A DNA stretch of 64,000 nt from Limnochordia bacterium (GTDB lineage Bacteria; Bacillota; Limnochordia; DTU087; JAAYGB01). Every line of letters begins with the position of its first letter. Positions within the stretch are counted from its first letter, which is position 1. The position numbers were made by a program, and so were the translations under genes. The notes under the pieces were generated by a model that was not told where the DNA came from, did not search any database, and saw only the letters and a program-made list of their open reading frames with translations. Location: assembly GCA_041687495.1 (NCBI GenBank), contig JAWLBR010000003.1, positions 5,173-69,172 on the forward strand, read 5' to 3'. Positions 46,808-56,056 of the stretch are shown one piece after another.

Positions 46808-47344
46808 ATGGTGCTACTTGTGAAACGAGTGTTGTTGACAGGGCTATCTGGAACTGGTAAGTCTACGGTGATCGATGAGCTTGCTGCGCGAGGATACAAA
46901 GCCATTGACGCCGACACGGATGAATGGTCCACGTGGACAGACGAGATTAGTACACCGGCTGAGTTGGGGACGCCGGTACAGCCAGGCCGGGACTGGGTGT
47001 GGAGGGAAGATCGCATCCAAAATCTGCTATCACTGGAGGACGCTGATGTACTTTTTCTCAGCGGTTGTGCTGAGAACATGGGGCAGTTCTATCCCCAGTT
47101 TGACTACATCATTCTTCTCAGCGCTCCCCCCAGTGTCATGGCAGAACGTTTGGCAACTCGGACTAATAACACCTATGGCAAGCACCCCGATGAACTCAAG
47201 CGGATCTTGGGACAGGTACAGACCATCGAGCCGCTGTTGCGAAAGGGTGCAGATCATGAGATCGATACCAGCATTCCAGTTGCTGAGGTTGTAGATGCGA
47301 TCGTGCACATTGTGCAGACCTACATGGGGCGAAAACCACAATAA
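46808..47344 (+). CDS. P-loop NTPase, nucleoside/small-molecule kinase-like (shikimate-kinase/AAA_33 clan)
   Basis: Walker A GLSGTGKST near the N-terminus, 178 aa. Confidence 0.7.
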   Translation: MVLLVKRVLLTGLSGTGKSTVIDELAARGYKAIDADTDEWSTWTDEISTPAELGTPVQPGRDWVWREDRIQNLLSLEDADVLFLSGCAENMGQFYPQFDYIILLSAPPSVMAERLATRTNNTYGKHPDELKRILGQVQTIEPLLRKGADHEIDTSIPVAEVVDAIVHIVQTYMGRKPQ

Positions 47345-47364
47345 CGACTTTGCTTAGGAGCGAT

Positions 47365-49005
47365 CTAGTCGGTGGTCGTAATTAAACCAAACTCGCGAAA
47401 AGAAACACCGGGATTCCTCTCTTGAGTGTACTTAAGGGTCCAATTCGAGGCAAAAAGAGCGATCTGCTGCCCAGCTCGATCGTGGACTCGCATGGTACCA
47501 GTGGATGGCCATTGTATTTGCGAAATCGTCTCTGCATCTGCACTGATTCTCCGAGCGTGCACAAATGCTAGTGATTCGATTGATGCCTGGACATTGTACT
47601 CAGTTTCCAATCGGGAACACACCACATCGAATTGCAGAACCCCGACGGCAGCTAGAATTGGCTCTCTACGAATATTCTCCACTGGGAAAAAGACTTGAAT
47701 CGCTCCCTCTTCTTCTAACTGCTCAAGCCCTTTGTAGAACTGCTTGTATTTTGCCACATCACGGTTATGCAGGATGGCAAAGTGCTCTGGCTGAAACGTA
47801 GGCACAGCGTCAAATCGGACGGGAGAGCTGGTGTAAAGAGTATCCCCGATGGAGAATAGACCAGGATTAACGATCCCGACAACATCTCCTGGGAACGCCT
47901 CTTCGATGGTTTCCCGTTCCTGTCCAAAGACTCGGTAGGCCCTATCTAGAGTAGTCTCTCGAGGGCTTGAAACACTTCGCACCGCCATTCCCTTATGAAA
48001 CCTGCCGGAGCAAACCCGCAGAAATGCGACGCGATCTCGGTGTTTGGGATCCATGTTGGCCTGCATCTTGAAAATGAAACCAGAGAAATCCGGACTGGTC
48101 GGCTGGATCTGCTGATTATCACTGAACCGGGGTTGAGGGGGAGGCGCAAAATCAACCAGGGCAGATAGAAATGGCTCGATTCCAAAGTTGCTTAAGGCAC
48201 TCCCAAAAAACACGGGAGTGAGCTCGCCATTTCGATAACCGTCTAGATCGAAGGAGGCACCTGCAATGCTTAGCAATTCTACATCCTCACACAACTGTTC
48301 GTAGGCTACCTCTCCCAACAGATTTTCCAGTGTGGGATCAGGTAATTCGCTCTTGATGATGGCGGATTTCTCCTGCCCATGAGCGGTGCGCTCAAACCGC
48401 AAGACTTGCTTATTGACTAAGTCGTAGACGCCAACAAATGATGGGCCATCTCCAATGGGCCAGTTCATTGGCACTGCTTTGATCTTCAGCGAGCTCTCTA
48501 TTTCGTCGAGTAGTGCTAATGGCTCTAGCGCTGGGCGATCCATCTTGTTAATAAAGGTCAAGATTGGAGTTGTCCTCATGCGGCACACATCAAACAGTTT
48601 CTTTGTTTGCGGCTCTATTCCCTTGGCTCCATCTAGTACCATAATAGCGCTGTCCACTGCCATTAGTGTACGATACGTATCTTCACTGAAATCCTCGTGA
48701 CCGGGTGTATCTAACAGATTGAGAAGATAGTCGCCGTATTCGAACTGCAGGACTGTTGAGGTGATGGAGATTCCTCTCTCGCGCTCAACCGCCATCCAAT
48801 CGGAAGTAACAGCCCTCTGGTTCTTGCGAGCTCGGACAGCCCCGGCAAGATGTAGAGCACCGGTGTAGAGCAGCAGCTTTTCTGTCAATGTTGTTTTTCC
48901 AGCATCAGGGTGCGAAATAATGGCGAATGTGCGTCTTCGGGATGTCTCATGTTGAATGCGCGTTGCTCTTGCTTCATAGGACACTTCCACTGCATTCCTT
49001 TCCAC
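47365..49005 (-). CDS. prfC: Peptide chain release factor 3 (GTPase)
   Basis: RRRTFAIISHPDAGKTTLTEKLL (G1), DTPGHEDF (G3), NKMDR (G4). 546 aa. The true start may be the internal GTG at about 48990 with SD AAAGGAA. Confidence 0.9.
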   Translation of the reverse strand: MERNAVEVSYEARATRIQHETSRRRTFAIISHPDAGKTTLTEKLLLYTGALHLAGAVRARKNQRAVTSDWMAVERERGISITSTVLQFEYGDYLLNLLDTPGHEDFSEDTYRTLMAVDSAIMVLDGAKGIEPQTKKLFDVCRMRTTPILTFINKMDRPALEPLALLDEIESSLKIKAVPMNWPIGDGPSFVGVYDLVNKQVLRFERTAHGQEKSAIIKSELPDPTLENLLGEVAYEQLCEDVELLSIAGASFDLDGYRNGELTPVFFGSALSNFGIEPFLSALVDFAPPPQPRFSDNQQIQPTSPDFSGFIFKMQANMDPKHRDRVAFLRVCSGRFHKGMAVRSVSSPRETTLDRAYRVFGQERETIEEAFPGDVVGIVNPGLFSIGDTLYTSSPVRFDAVPTFQPEHFAILHNRDVAKYKQFYKGLEQLEEEGAIQVFFPVENIRREPILAAVGVLQFDVVCSRLETEYNVQASIESLAFVHARRISADAETISQIQWPSTGTMRVHDRAGQQIALFASNWTLKYTQERNPGVSFREFGLITTTD

Positions 49006-49328
49006 GGCAAGTAAGATTTCTCTGAGTGTGTTGGGAGGTGACCATTAGCGGGGAAAACTCGATTTCGTAGCAAGAGCGCGCATGGACGTATTCCGCGCTG
49101 CTCGAAGCTGCTTAATTGAGGTACAGACGCTCCGCAGTGGAGATGGTGGTCATCACTTCTCTCCTTGGCGAATCACTCCATTCAAGAGTGTACAGTGTAG
49201 GTGAATGCATGTCAAGAAATGTGAAACAGTGACAACCGACCTAAGTAGGAAGGAAAGACATGGCTGACCGGGAATAGACTCGAGGGTCAGGAGAAGAGAA
49301 GACTACCAAAGCGAAGTGGAGTGAGCCT

Positions 49329-50810
49329 GTGAATATCAAAAATGGCATGGTGTACGGAACTCCAGAGAGTCAGGGCCTGTCGTCAAGAGCCTTAGCGAAG
49401 ATGCTGCAGGAGCTTCGCACAAAAGTGGAAGATTTCCACAGTATAGCTGTTGTGAAGAACGATGTGATTGTGATGGAAAGTCATGCCGAGCCCTTTGGAC
49501 CCGCGAACCGCAAGATGCTGCATTCGCTGGCTAAGAGTATCAACAGCATAGCAGTTGGCATCGCTATCGACGAGGGAAAACTCGGTTTAGATGACTACTT
49601 ACTTGATTATGTGTCAGACAAGCTGCCTGATTCCTACGACCGCCGCCTAAAACGGATGACGATACGACATATGCTCATGATGGCGGCGAGCTCTTGCCCG
49701 GGCAGTATCGGCTTTCTCGGGGCAGAACATCCTTGGATGACTCATTATCTTGGACTTGAACTGCCAGCAGAACCGGGCACTGTGTTCAACTATGACACGG
49801 GAGCTAGCTATATGCTGTCTTGTCTAGTGTCACGGGTTATGGGAAAGACATCGTTTGCGCTTGTTAAGGAGCGAGTCTTTGAACCGATGGGGATAACCGA
49901 CGCCAAGTGGCTGACAAGTCCCGAAGGGCATACAGTAGGCGGATGGGGATTGTACCTCACGACCGAAGACCTAATCAAAGTCGGTAAATTACTGATGCAC
50001 AAAGGGGAGTGGGACGGCCAACAGCTGGTTCCAGCATGGTGGGTAGAAGAAGCAACAAAAAGTCAAATTGCAGTGAAAGATGGTTCCGGCCGAACCTATG
50101 GCTATCAGTTTTGGGTGAGAGAACACGCCTTTAGCTTACTGGGGGCGTTTGGACAGACTGTCATGTGCAGCAAGGATGAAAACCTGTTTGTGGTGCTTAC
50201 CGCCGGAACCGGGGATGATCGCAAACAAAATGACATCGTCTACCGGGTGCTTATGGAAACTGATGAAGCCTGCCATGTGGGTCCGGAAGACCCGGAGGGT
50301 CAGCGCAGACTACAGATGTTGGAGACAGATCTGTTGATTGACCCTCCATATGGAAGACGGTCTGCAGTGGCAGAAGAGGAAATGTTCCACCGTGTGATAG
50401 AGCTAGAGGACAACAGGCGAAACCTGCATAAGCTGAAGCTATCTCGGATGAATAAACAACTGATCCGGTTGGAGATGACCATAGACGGGGTAGAGTACTC
50501 GTTTGACGCTGGGTACCAGGATTGGACTATGAACGAACTGCCAGAGGATGATTGTCAGCGCGTCCCTGCAGATGACTATGGTTTCTATCACTGTTTTCGG
50601 CCGGACCGGTTTGTGCACAACCAGCATGCCCTGGCCTATGCCTGGATAGGGGACAGTCTGACTGTCAAGCATTACTGGCTTAATACCACGTACATCGATA
50701 CATTTTCACTGCACCTGGAAGGCGAAAGACTCAAAGGTACACTCATCCGTAACGTCGCCATGGGCGAAAACGCGCCGGTGGATTTGCTGGAACTCCCGAG
50801 AACGATCTAA
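49329..50810 (+). CDS. Serine hydrolase of the class-C beta-lactamase/PBP family (cytoplasmic, long C-terminal domain)
   Basis: SxxK region LHSLAKSINSIAVGIAIDEGKLGLDD, 493 aa. Confidence 0.8.
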   Translation: MNIKNGMVYGTPESQGLSSRALAKMLQELRTKVEDFHSIAVVKNDVIVMESHAEPFGPANRKMLHSLAKSINSIAVGIAIDEGKLGLDDYLLDYVSDKLPDSYDRRLKRMTIRHMLMMAASSCPGSIGFLGAEHPWMTHYLGLELPAEPGTVFNYDTGASYMLSCLVSRVMGKTSFALVKERVFEPMGITDAKWLTSPEGHTVGGWGLYLTTEDLIKVGKLLMHKGEWDGQQLVPAWWVEEATKSQIAVKDGSGRTYGYQFWVREHAFSLLGAFGQTVMCSKDENLFVVLTAGTGDDRKQNDIVYRVLMETDEACHVGPEDPEGQRRLQMLETDLLIDPPYGRRSAVAEEEMFHRVIELEDNRRNLHKLKLSRMNKQLIRLEMTIDGVEYSFDAGYQDWTMNELPEDDCQRVPADDYGFYHCFRPDRFVHNQHALAYAWIGDSLTVKHYWLNTTYIDTFSLHLEGERLKGTLIRNVAMGENAPVDLLELPRTI

Positions 50811-50884
50811 AAGGGAGTGCTGGCCGTAACATGCCCTTTCTGCAAATTGAGTTCAAATGCTGGGCGGAGAGGGCTCCTGGCGTC

Positions 50885-52138
50885 TTAGGGAACCAGCGAA
50901 TCCTCAAAGTGAATCATGACATTTCGCGATTCTAGTCTGCGCTGAAGTGTGGGTACATCGATACCCGTAATCGATCTACCTGAGTCTATGGCCAAGGCCG
51001 CAGCTTCACCGGCAGCCTGACCGGTGATGATGGCTGGCGGAATAACTCTGAGCACGTCCCATGCATATCCTTCCGCGGACGCGCTTCGGCCTGCGGTGAT
51101 AAGATTGTCAAAGCCGCTTCGGATCAGTGTACGGTAGGGGACTTCATAGAGGTTGTCGGGCCTGTCAAAATCGTTGATGGCGGCGATGGAGTCGTCGAAA
51201 TGGCGATAAGCGTCGTCAGTCTTAAGCGTGTAATCGCCGGCAATATGGCACGTGGTTCTGAACTGTGGCATTGCCGGCAGAGTGGAGATCTCGCCCGCAA
51301 GCCTGTCCTTGTCCTTCATTTTCCCGAGCATGATGAGTTGGTTGCGGATGATGTAATCGCTGACATCCTCGGGAGTTGTGCCGTGGAAGAGCGGGACATC
51401 CTCAGGTTGGTTGTGCCCGTACAGGTCTATGTTGCCTCCGGTAATTGTTTGCACAGCTGTTTCGGCTCGCCCTGTTTCGAGGGCCGAACGGCAGCTATCA
51501 AGGGTTACTATTCTGCCAAGATAGGTGAAGTAATTCTTGCCGATGACGGTGGGCATACCGGAGCGGCGCAGGACGTCAGCATCACCTGTGGTATCGACGA
51601 TGATCTTTCCCCTTCTAAACTCAAGCCCCGCTTTGCTGCTGGTGATGACTCCCTTGCAGTGTCCACCTTCCATGACAGGTTCAACAACGGCGCAGTCGAA
51701 CAAAATCTCCACACCGGCATGGTGCAGAGCTTCAGTCATTTGTAGAGCGAAAAGGTACGGCGAATATCTAGTGACATATCTAGGAACGTCCTCGGATTCC
51801 CCCGGTTCTCCGTTCTTCCATTCGTCTGGGATTGTGTCGTATCCGTATTTAACGGAGTCCCGGAGCATCTCTTCGGCCATGCCGAAGATAATCTGCCTTC
51901 CGCGTCCGTTGCACATGGGTACGAAAAAGTTAATTAGCCCTGTCGTTGCCAATCCACCGAGAATAACGGTCTTCTCGGTCAGCAAGACCTTCTTACCACA
52001 TCTTGCAGCAGAGAGCGCAGCGGCATAGCCTGCTACACCGCCACCTGCAACGATCACATCATATTCGCCTCTCATGGGCAGTTGCTTTGCAAAGTCGAGC
52101 TGGTCCACCTTAGACATCGCTCCAATTCTGATTGACAT
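50885..52138 (-). CDS. FAD-dependent oxidoreductase
   Basis: Rossmann dinucleotide motif YDVIVAGGGVAGYAAALSAARCGKKVLLTEK. About 410 aa. Start ambiguous among M1/M8/M22. Confidence 0.75.
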   Translation of the reverse strand: MSIRIGAMSKVDQLDFAKQLPMRGEYDVIVAGGGVAGYAAALSAARCGKKVLLTEKTVILGGLATTGLINFFVPMCNGRGRQIIFGMAEEMLRDSVKYGYDTIPDEWKNGEPGESEDVPRYVTRYSPYLFALQMTEALHHAGVEILFDCAVVEPVMEGGHCKGVITSSKAGLEFRRGKIIVDTTGDADVLRRSGMPTVIGKNYFTYLGRIVTLDSCRSALETGRAETAVQTITGGNIDLYGHNQPEDVPLFHGTTPEDVSDYIIRNQLIMLGKMKDKDRLAGEISTLPAMPQFRTTCHIAGDYTLKTDDAYRHFDDSIAAINDFDRPDNLYEVPYRTLIRSGFDNLITAGRSASAEGYAWDVLRVIPPAIITGQAAGEAAALAIDSGRSITGIDVPTLQRRLESRNVMIHFEDSLVP

Positions 52139-52283
52139 GCCGACGTTGCAGAGATTAGGACAGAATCCTACATCTATAGTATATCATGACAAGTCCAGCA
52201 TTTGCAGACTGTTTTCCCAGGGAAAATCCCAGTAAAATTAAGATGCAAACAGACTGAACCGACTTCGGAGGGGGTTTTGTCCT

Positions 52284-53114
52284 GTGTTGAGGCATGCTCT
52301 TTTTATCGGTGGACCACCGGGCTCAGGCAAGACGACCATAGCAAGGGCGATTGCTCGCCGTCACGGACTGCGTTGGTACAACTCTGACACCAAGACGTGG
52401 GAACATCGGGATCGGGCCCTGCGCGCGGGTCATCCTGCTGCCCATCAATGGGAGGCAATGACACCGCAGGAGCGCTGGGTGACTGCGACCCCGGAAGAGA
52501 TCAAGAGGCTGACATTGAAGGTTGAGCGAGGCTACATGATTCTTGACGATGTTCGCCAACTGCCCAGCTCTCCGCTTACCGTGGTGGAAGGATCGCCGCT
52601 GCGTCCACCGGCTGTCGCCCGTGAACTTTCCGATCCGTCACGGAGCGTTTGGCTCATCCCAACGCCGGAAGTACATGCAGATCGATTGGGACGGCGCAGC
52701 TATATCGAAGGTGCCAAGGAGGGTTACATACAAAGAGCAATCGGAGAAGCTGTTGAGATTAGGCAGCAGGCCGAGGAGAATGGTCTGGTCGTCATCGAGG
52801 TCGATGGTTCTCGGGGGATCGAGGAGATGGTCCAGACTGTTGAGACGGTCTTCGCTCAAGCACTGGCGGAAGGTCCACGGGCCGAGACTTTGAGCGAGAG
52901 GCAAACTCTCCTGCGTTATGCTAACGCGGCGGTCGTCTCTCAAGTGTTAGCGGGACTAGCTCGTCCGTGGAGCAATGGGGATTCCCGGAAGGTTGTCCGC
53001 ACTTTTCTATGTGAGTGCGGAGACCCTGACTGCACCGCTGACGTCGAGATGCCCGTAGCTGATTTTCCCCTCGATACTGATCCGGGTTCGTTGCGAGCGC
53101 CTGGGCACGAGTAG
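52284..53114 (+). CDS. P-loop kinase-like protein (AAA_33/zeta-toxin-like clan), function unknown
   Basis: Walker A GGPPGSGKTT 8 aa from the N-terminus. GTG start with SD GGAGGGGG. A Cys cluster CECGDPDC near the C-terminus. Confidence 0.65.
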   Translation: MLRHALFIGGPPGSGKTTIARAIARRHGLRWYNSDTKTWEHRDRALRAGHPAAHQWEAMTPQERWVTATPEEIKRLTLKVERGYMILDDVRQLPSSPLTVVEGSPLRPPAVARELSDPSRSVWLIPTPEVHADRLGRRSYIEGAKEGYIQRAIGEAVEIRQQAEENGLVVIEVDGSRGIEEMVQTVETVFAQALAEGPRAETLSERQTLLRYANAAVVSQVLAGLARPWSNGDSRKVVRTFLCECGDPDCTADVEMPVADFPLDTDPGSLRAPGHE

Positions 53115-53188
53115 AAGTAGACATATTGCTTAAGGGCCTCGAAGGCAAAGGGAGGCCAGCCAGACTGCCACTATAGGAGGAACTGATT

Positions 53189-53797
53189 TTGACAAACGCA
53201 TTCGGACAGATTGTGATACTGAACGGTACTCCCCGGTCAGGAAAATCCAGCATCGCGGCTGTGATTCAGGACACGTTTGAGGGCGTGTGGATGAACTTCG
53301 GGGTTGATCGGTATATGCAGATGATTCCCAAACAGTACCAGCCTGGAATTGGGCTGCGTCCGGGAGGCGAGAGGCCAGATTTGGAGCCTATCCTTGTTAG
53401 GATGTACAGCGCAATGTACGAATCCATCGCGGCACACAGCCGTCTAGGACTAAACGTTGTGGCCGATGTTGGTCATCATGATTTTTACAGCCAGCCAAGG
53501 GGTATCCTCTCTGACTGCGCTCGTCGGCTGGCTGGTCTGCCTGTTCTGTTTGTAGGAGTGCGCTGTCCCCTCGAGGTGATCATGGATCGCCGCCGGGCCA
53601 CGGGCTGGCAGGATCCTGAAGACTTCTCTGTGCCCAGACCTGTGACTTTGTGGCAGGAGGCTGTGCATACACCGGGCATCTATGATCTGGAAGTCGACAC
53701 TTCCCAGCTCAGCTCCGAGGCGTGCGCTGGCCTAATTCGGCAGCGGTTGGAGCAAGGAGATAGGCCCTCGGCCTTTGCCCGTCTAGCTGAGCGCTGA
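53189..53797 (+). CDS. Chloramphenicol-phosphotransferase-like (CPT family) P-loop kinase
   Basis: N-terminal IVILNGTPRSGKSSIA matches the CPT signature hhLNGxxxxGKSS. TTG start with SD AGGAGG. 202 aa. Confidence 0.7.
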   Translation: MTNAFGQIVILNGTPRSGKSSIAAVIQDTFEGVWMNFGVDRYMQMIPKQYQPGIGLRPGGERPDLEPILVRMYSAMYESIAAHSRLGLNVVADVGHHDFYSQPRGILSDCARRLAGLPVLFVGVRCPLEVIMDRRRATGWQDPEDFSVPRPVTLWQEAVHTPGIYDLEVDTSQLSSEACAGLIRQRLEQGDRPSAFARLAER

Positions 53798-53940
53798 TTG
53801 GGTTCGAAACTGAGAGCGCGCAGTGGTCGGCCTTGAAGGATGTCCCCATCAAAACAGTCAGTAGCGTGCCCACTCTGGCCTTTCTAGAGGAGCCGCCGCT
53901 GATATGATGGGGACAAGTGTTTCAGATGAAGCCGATAGCT

Positions 53941-55005
53941 CTACTTGGAGATCTGCTTCAGCCTTCGGCAGATCTCATCCCCGACCTCGGTGGTGCTGGC
54001 TGTTCCGCCGATATCGGGTGTCTTGATTCCGTCTTTTGTGACATCCTCGATCACACCAAGGAGTGCTTGGCCTAGTTCCTCGTAGCCGAAGTGGTCAAGC
54101 ATCATCTTGGCTGTCCAAATCTGTCCGATGGGATTGGCAATGCCTTTGCCGACCAGGTCGGGAGCAGAACCGTGAACCGGTTCAAACATCGATGGGTACT
54201 TCCCGCTGATGTTGATATTCGCCGCTGGGGCGATACCAATGCTTCCCATGATGGCTCCACCGATGTCTGTTAAGATGTCGCCAAATAGGTTGCTGGCTAC
54301 CACCACGTCAAAGATTTGGGGCCGGGTTACAAAAAAGGCAGACAGTGCGTCAATGTGGCATGATGCAGTCTTGACATCGGGATAGTCTGCCTTTACATCG
54401 CCAAAGACGCTGTCCCAGAAGGGCATGGAATACACAATGCCATTGGACTTAGTGGCCGAGGTGACGTGGCCCTTGCGCTTTCTTGCCAGCTCGAAGGCAT
54501 AGCGCATGGCCCGTTCTGTCCCTTTTCTTGTGAACACCGCGTTCTGAATAGCCAGCTCATCTTCACCGGTGTTCACCCGTCCGCCAACCTCACTGTACTC
54601 CCCCTCACTGTTCTCCCTGACTACCACGAAGTCAAAGCCGTCGGGGTTAACTAGAGGCGACTTTAGGCCCTCAAAATACTTGGCTGGACGAATGTTGATG
54701 GCTTGTTCAAAGCCCCGTCTGATCTTGATAAGGAGTCCCCACAATGACACATGATCCGGTAGAAGGGCGGGGTTTCCTACGGCTCCAAGGAAAATGGCAT
54801 TGAAGTTGCTCAACGTCTCCAGGCCGTCTTCTGGCATCATGTGCCCGTGCTCAAGGTGGTATTCGCAGCTCCAAGGAAATATCTGGTATTCGAACTTAAG
54901 TCCTCCGTGTATCTCTGCAGCTGTATCCAGAACCTTAACCGCTACTGGAACTACTTCTCGCCCTATTCCGTCTCCTGGAATTACCGCAATCTGGAATTTG
55001 TCCAT
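53941..55005 (-). CDS. Isocitrate/isopropylmalate dehydrogenase-family enzyme (tartrate dehydrogenase/decarboxylase- or LeuB-like)
   Basis: Start MDKFQIAVIPGDGIGREVVP (the classic IAVLPGDGIGPEV N-terminus). 354 aa. The longer ORF to 55221 has an implausible N-terminal extension. Confidence 0.8.
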   Translation of the reverse strand: MDKFQIAVIPGDGIGREVVPVAVKVLDTAAEIHGGLKFEYQIFPWSCEYHLEHGHMMPEDGLETLSNFNAIFLGAVGNPALLPDHVSLWGLLIKIRRGFEQAINIRPAKYFEGLKSPLVNPDGFDFVVVRENSEGEYSEVGGRVNTGEDELAIQNAVFTRKGTERAMRYAFELARKRKGHVTSATKSNGIVYSMPFWDSVFGDVKADYPDVKTASCHIDALSAFFVTRPQIFDVVVASNLFGDILTDIGGAIMGSIGIAPAANINISGKYPSMFEPVHGSAPDLVGKGIANPIGQIWTAKMMLDHFGYEELGQALLGVIEDVTKDGIKTPDIGGTASTTEVGDEICRRLKQISK

Positions 55006-55221
55006 TCTATCCCATCCTATTCTGTTCCACACAGTAACTGCCGTGTGAGTATATGGTAGAGTTCCCGCCAGGGCGGGCCTCTCCTGCTGGTCCGTTGGCG
55101 GCTTTGGATCTGGCGAGTGGGAGGAGACACCTAGAGGCCGCATGGGGAGAAGCAAGGCGGGGGACTGCCCCAGGGCTGACCTGTTGGGCTGTCCCCTGCG
55201 CCGATAGGGAAACCATCGCAA

Positions 55222-55443
55222 TTAGTACAGTGGACCGTAACATGATGGAAATGGGTGGATAGCCTGGATCTGGCTGAGGGGATAGTGTCTGGTCGCAAAT
55301 TGAGACTGGTAGAGATACTCAAGCAAGTAGATTTCACCGCCGGTGACGTCGCACAAAATGCCTGACACACCTTGTCCGTTGATGAGAGAGACGCCTACCG
55401 GTTGGTCGATCAAGTACTGTAGATTGGGCTGTCGCCAAGCCAT
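55222..55443 (-). CDS. Small hypothetical protein (73 aa), possibly PRC-barrel-like
   Basis: Strong SD AGGAGG 9 nt before the ATG. LIDQPVGVSLINGQGVSGILCDVTGGEIYLLEY resembles the YlmC/YmxH pattern. This is a weak call. Confidence 0.45.
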   Translation of the reverse strand: MAWRQPNLQYLIDQPVGVSLINGQGVSGILCDVTGGEIYLLEYLYQSQFATRHYPLSQIQAIHPFPSCYGPLY

Positions 55444-56056
55444 AGAAGATCACCTCCTGTTGGCAGTAGTCTATTCGGACGGATGCAAGATGCTACTGGC
55501 TGGGCCATGGGGAGCGAAACAAGAGACGAAACTCATTTTGGGACTGGATATCTAGCCAGGTATAGAATGAAAGGTTAACATTGAATCTCCCCGCAGGAAA
55601 ATATTGACAGGTCCGCCAGCAGGCAATATTCTATCGATGGATATTCCCGTGGATAAGCGGGGTAGTCAGGGGCGAAGAACCGCACCTATACCAGTATTCA
55701 TCGCGTCAATGAGGGGAGGTGCCTTGGTATTGCCAAGAAAAAGATTTCCCAGAGCCATCGATTTGCTCATTGGGTTTATTATCTTGTACAATCAGCGCTT
55801 TGTTGAGTTTTGGTTGGAGGAGCCAGAGAGAAGTCTCGTTCAGCTAGGACCATACAATAGGTTGAAGTCAGTCGCCGATACCAATGGCCATGCTTATCTG
55901 TCTCAGATTCTTTGTTTCGCCTGAATCTCTAGGGTGTACTAGGAACCGGAAGCATAGTCTTTCCAGACCAAAAACATAATAGTGGAGACACTTGGTTTTT
56001 TCTTCCTCTCGTTTAGGTTGAGGGGATCGCAGACACAGGGAGGAGGGTGTGCTGAT

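Noticed and set aside
55604-55924. 106-aa ORF in the 55444-56056 gap
   Set aside because: It has no SD before any in-frame start, an Arg/Pro-rich atypical composition and no recognisable domain. I treated the region as noncoding or unknown instead.
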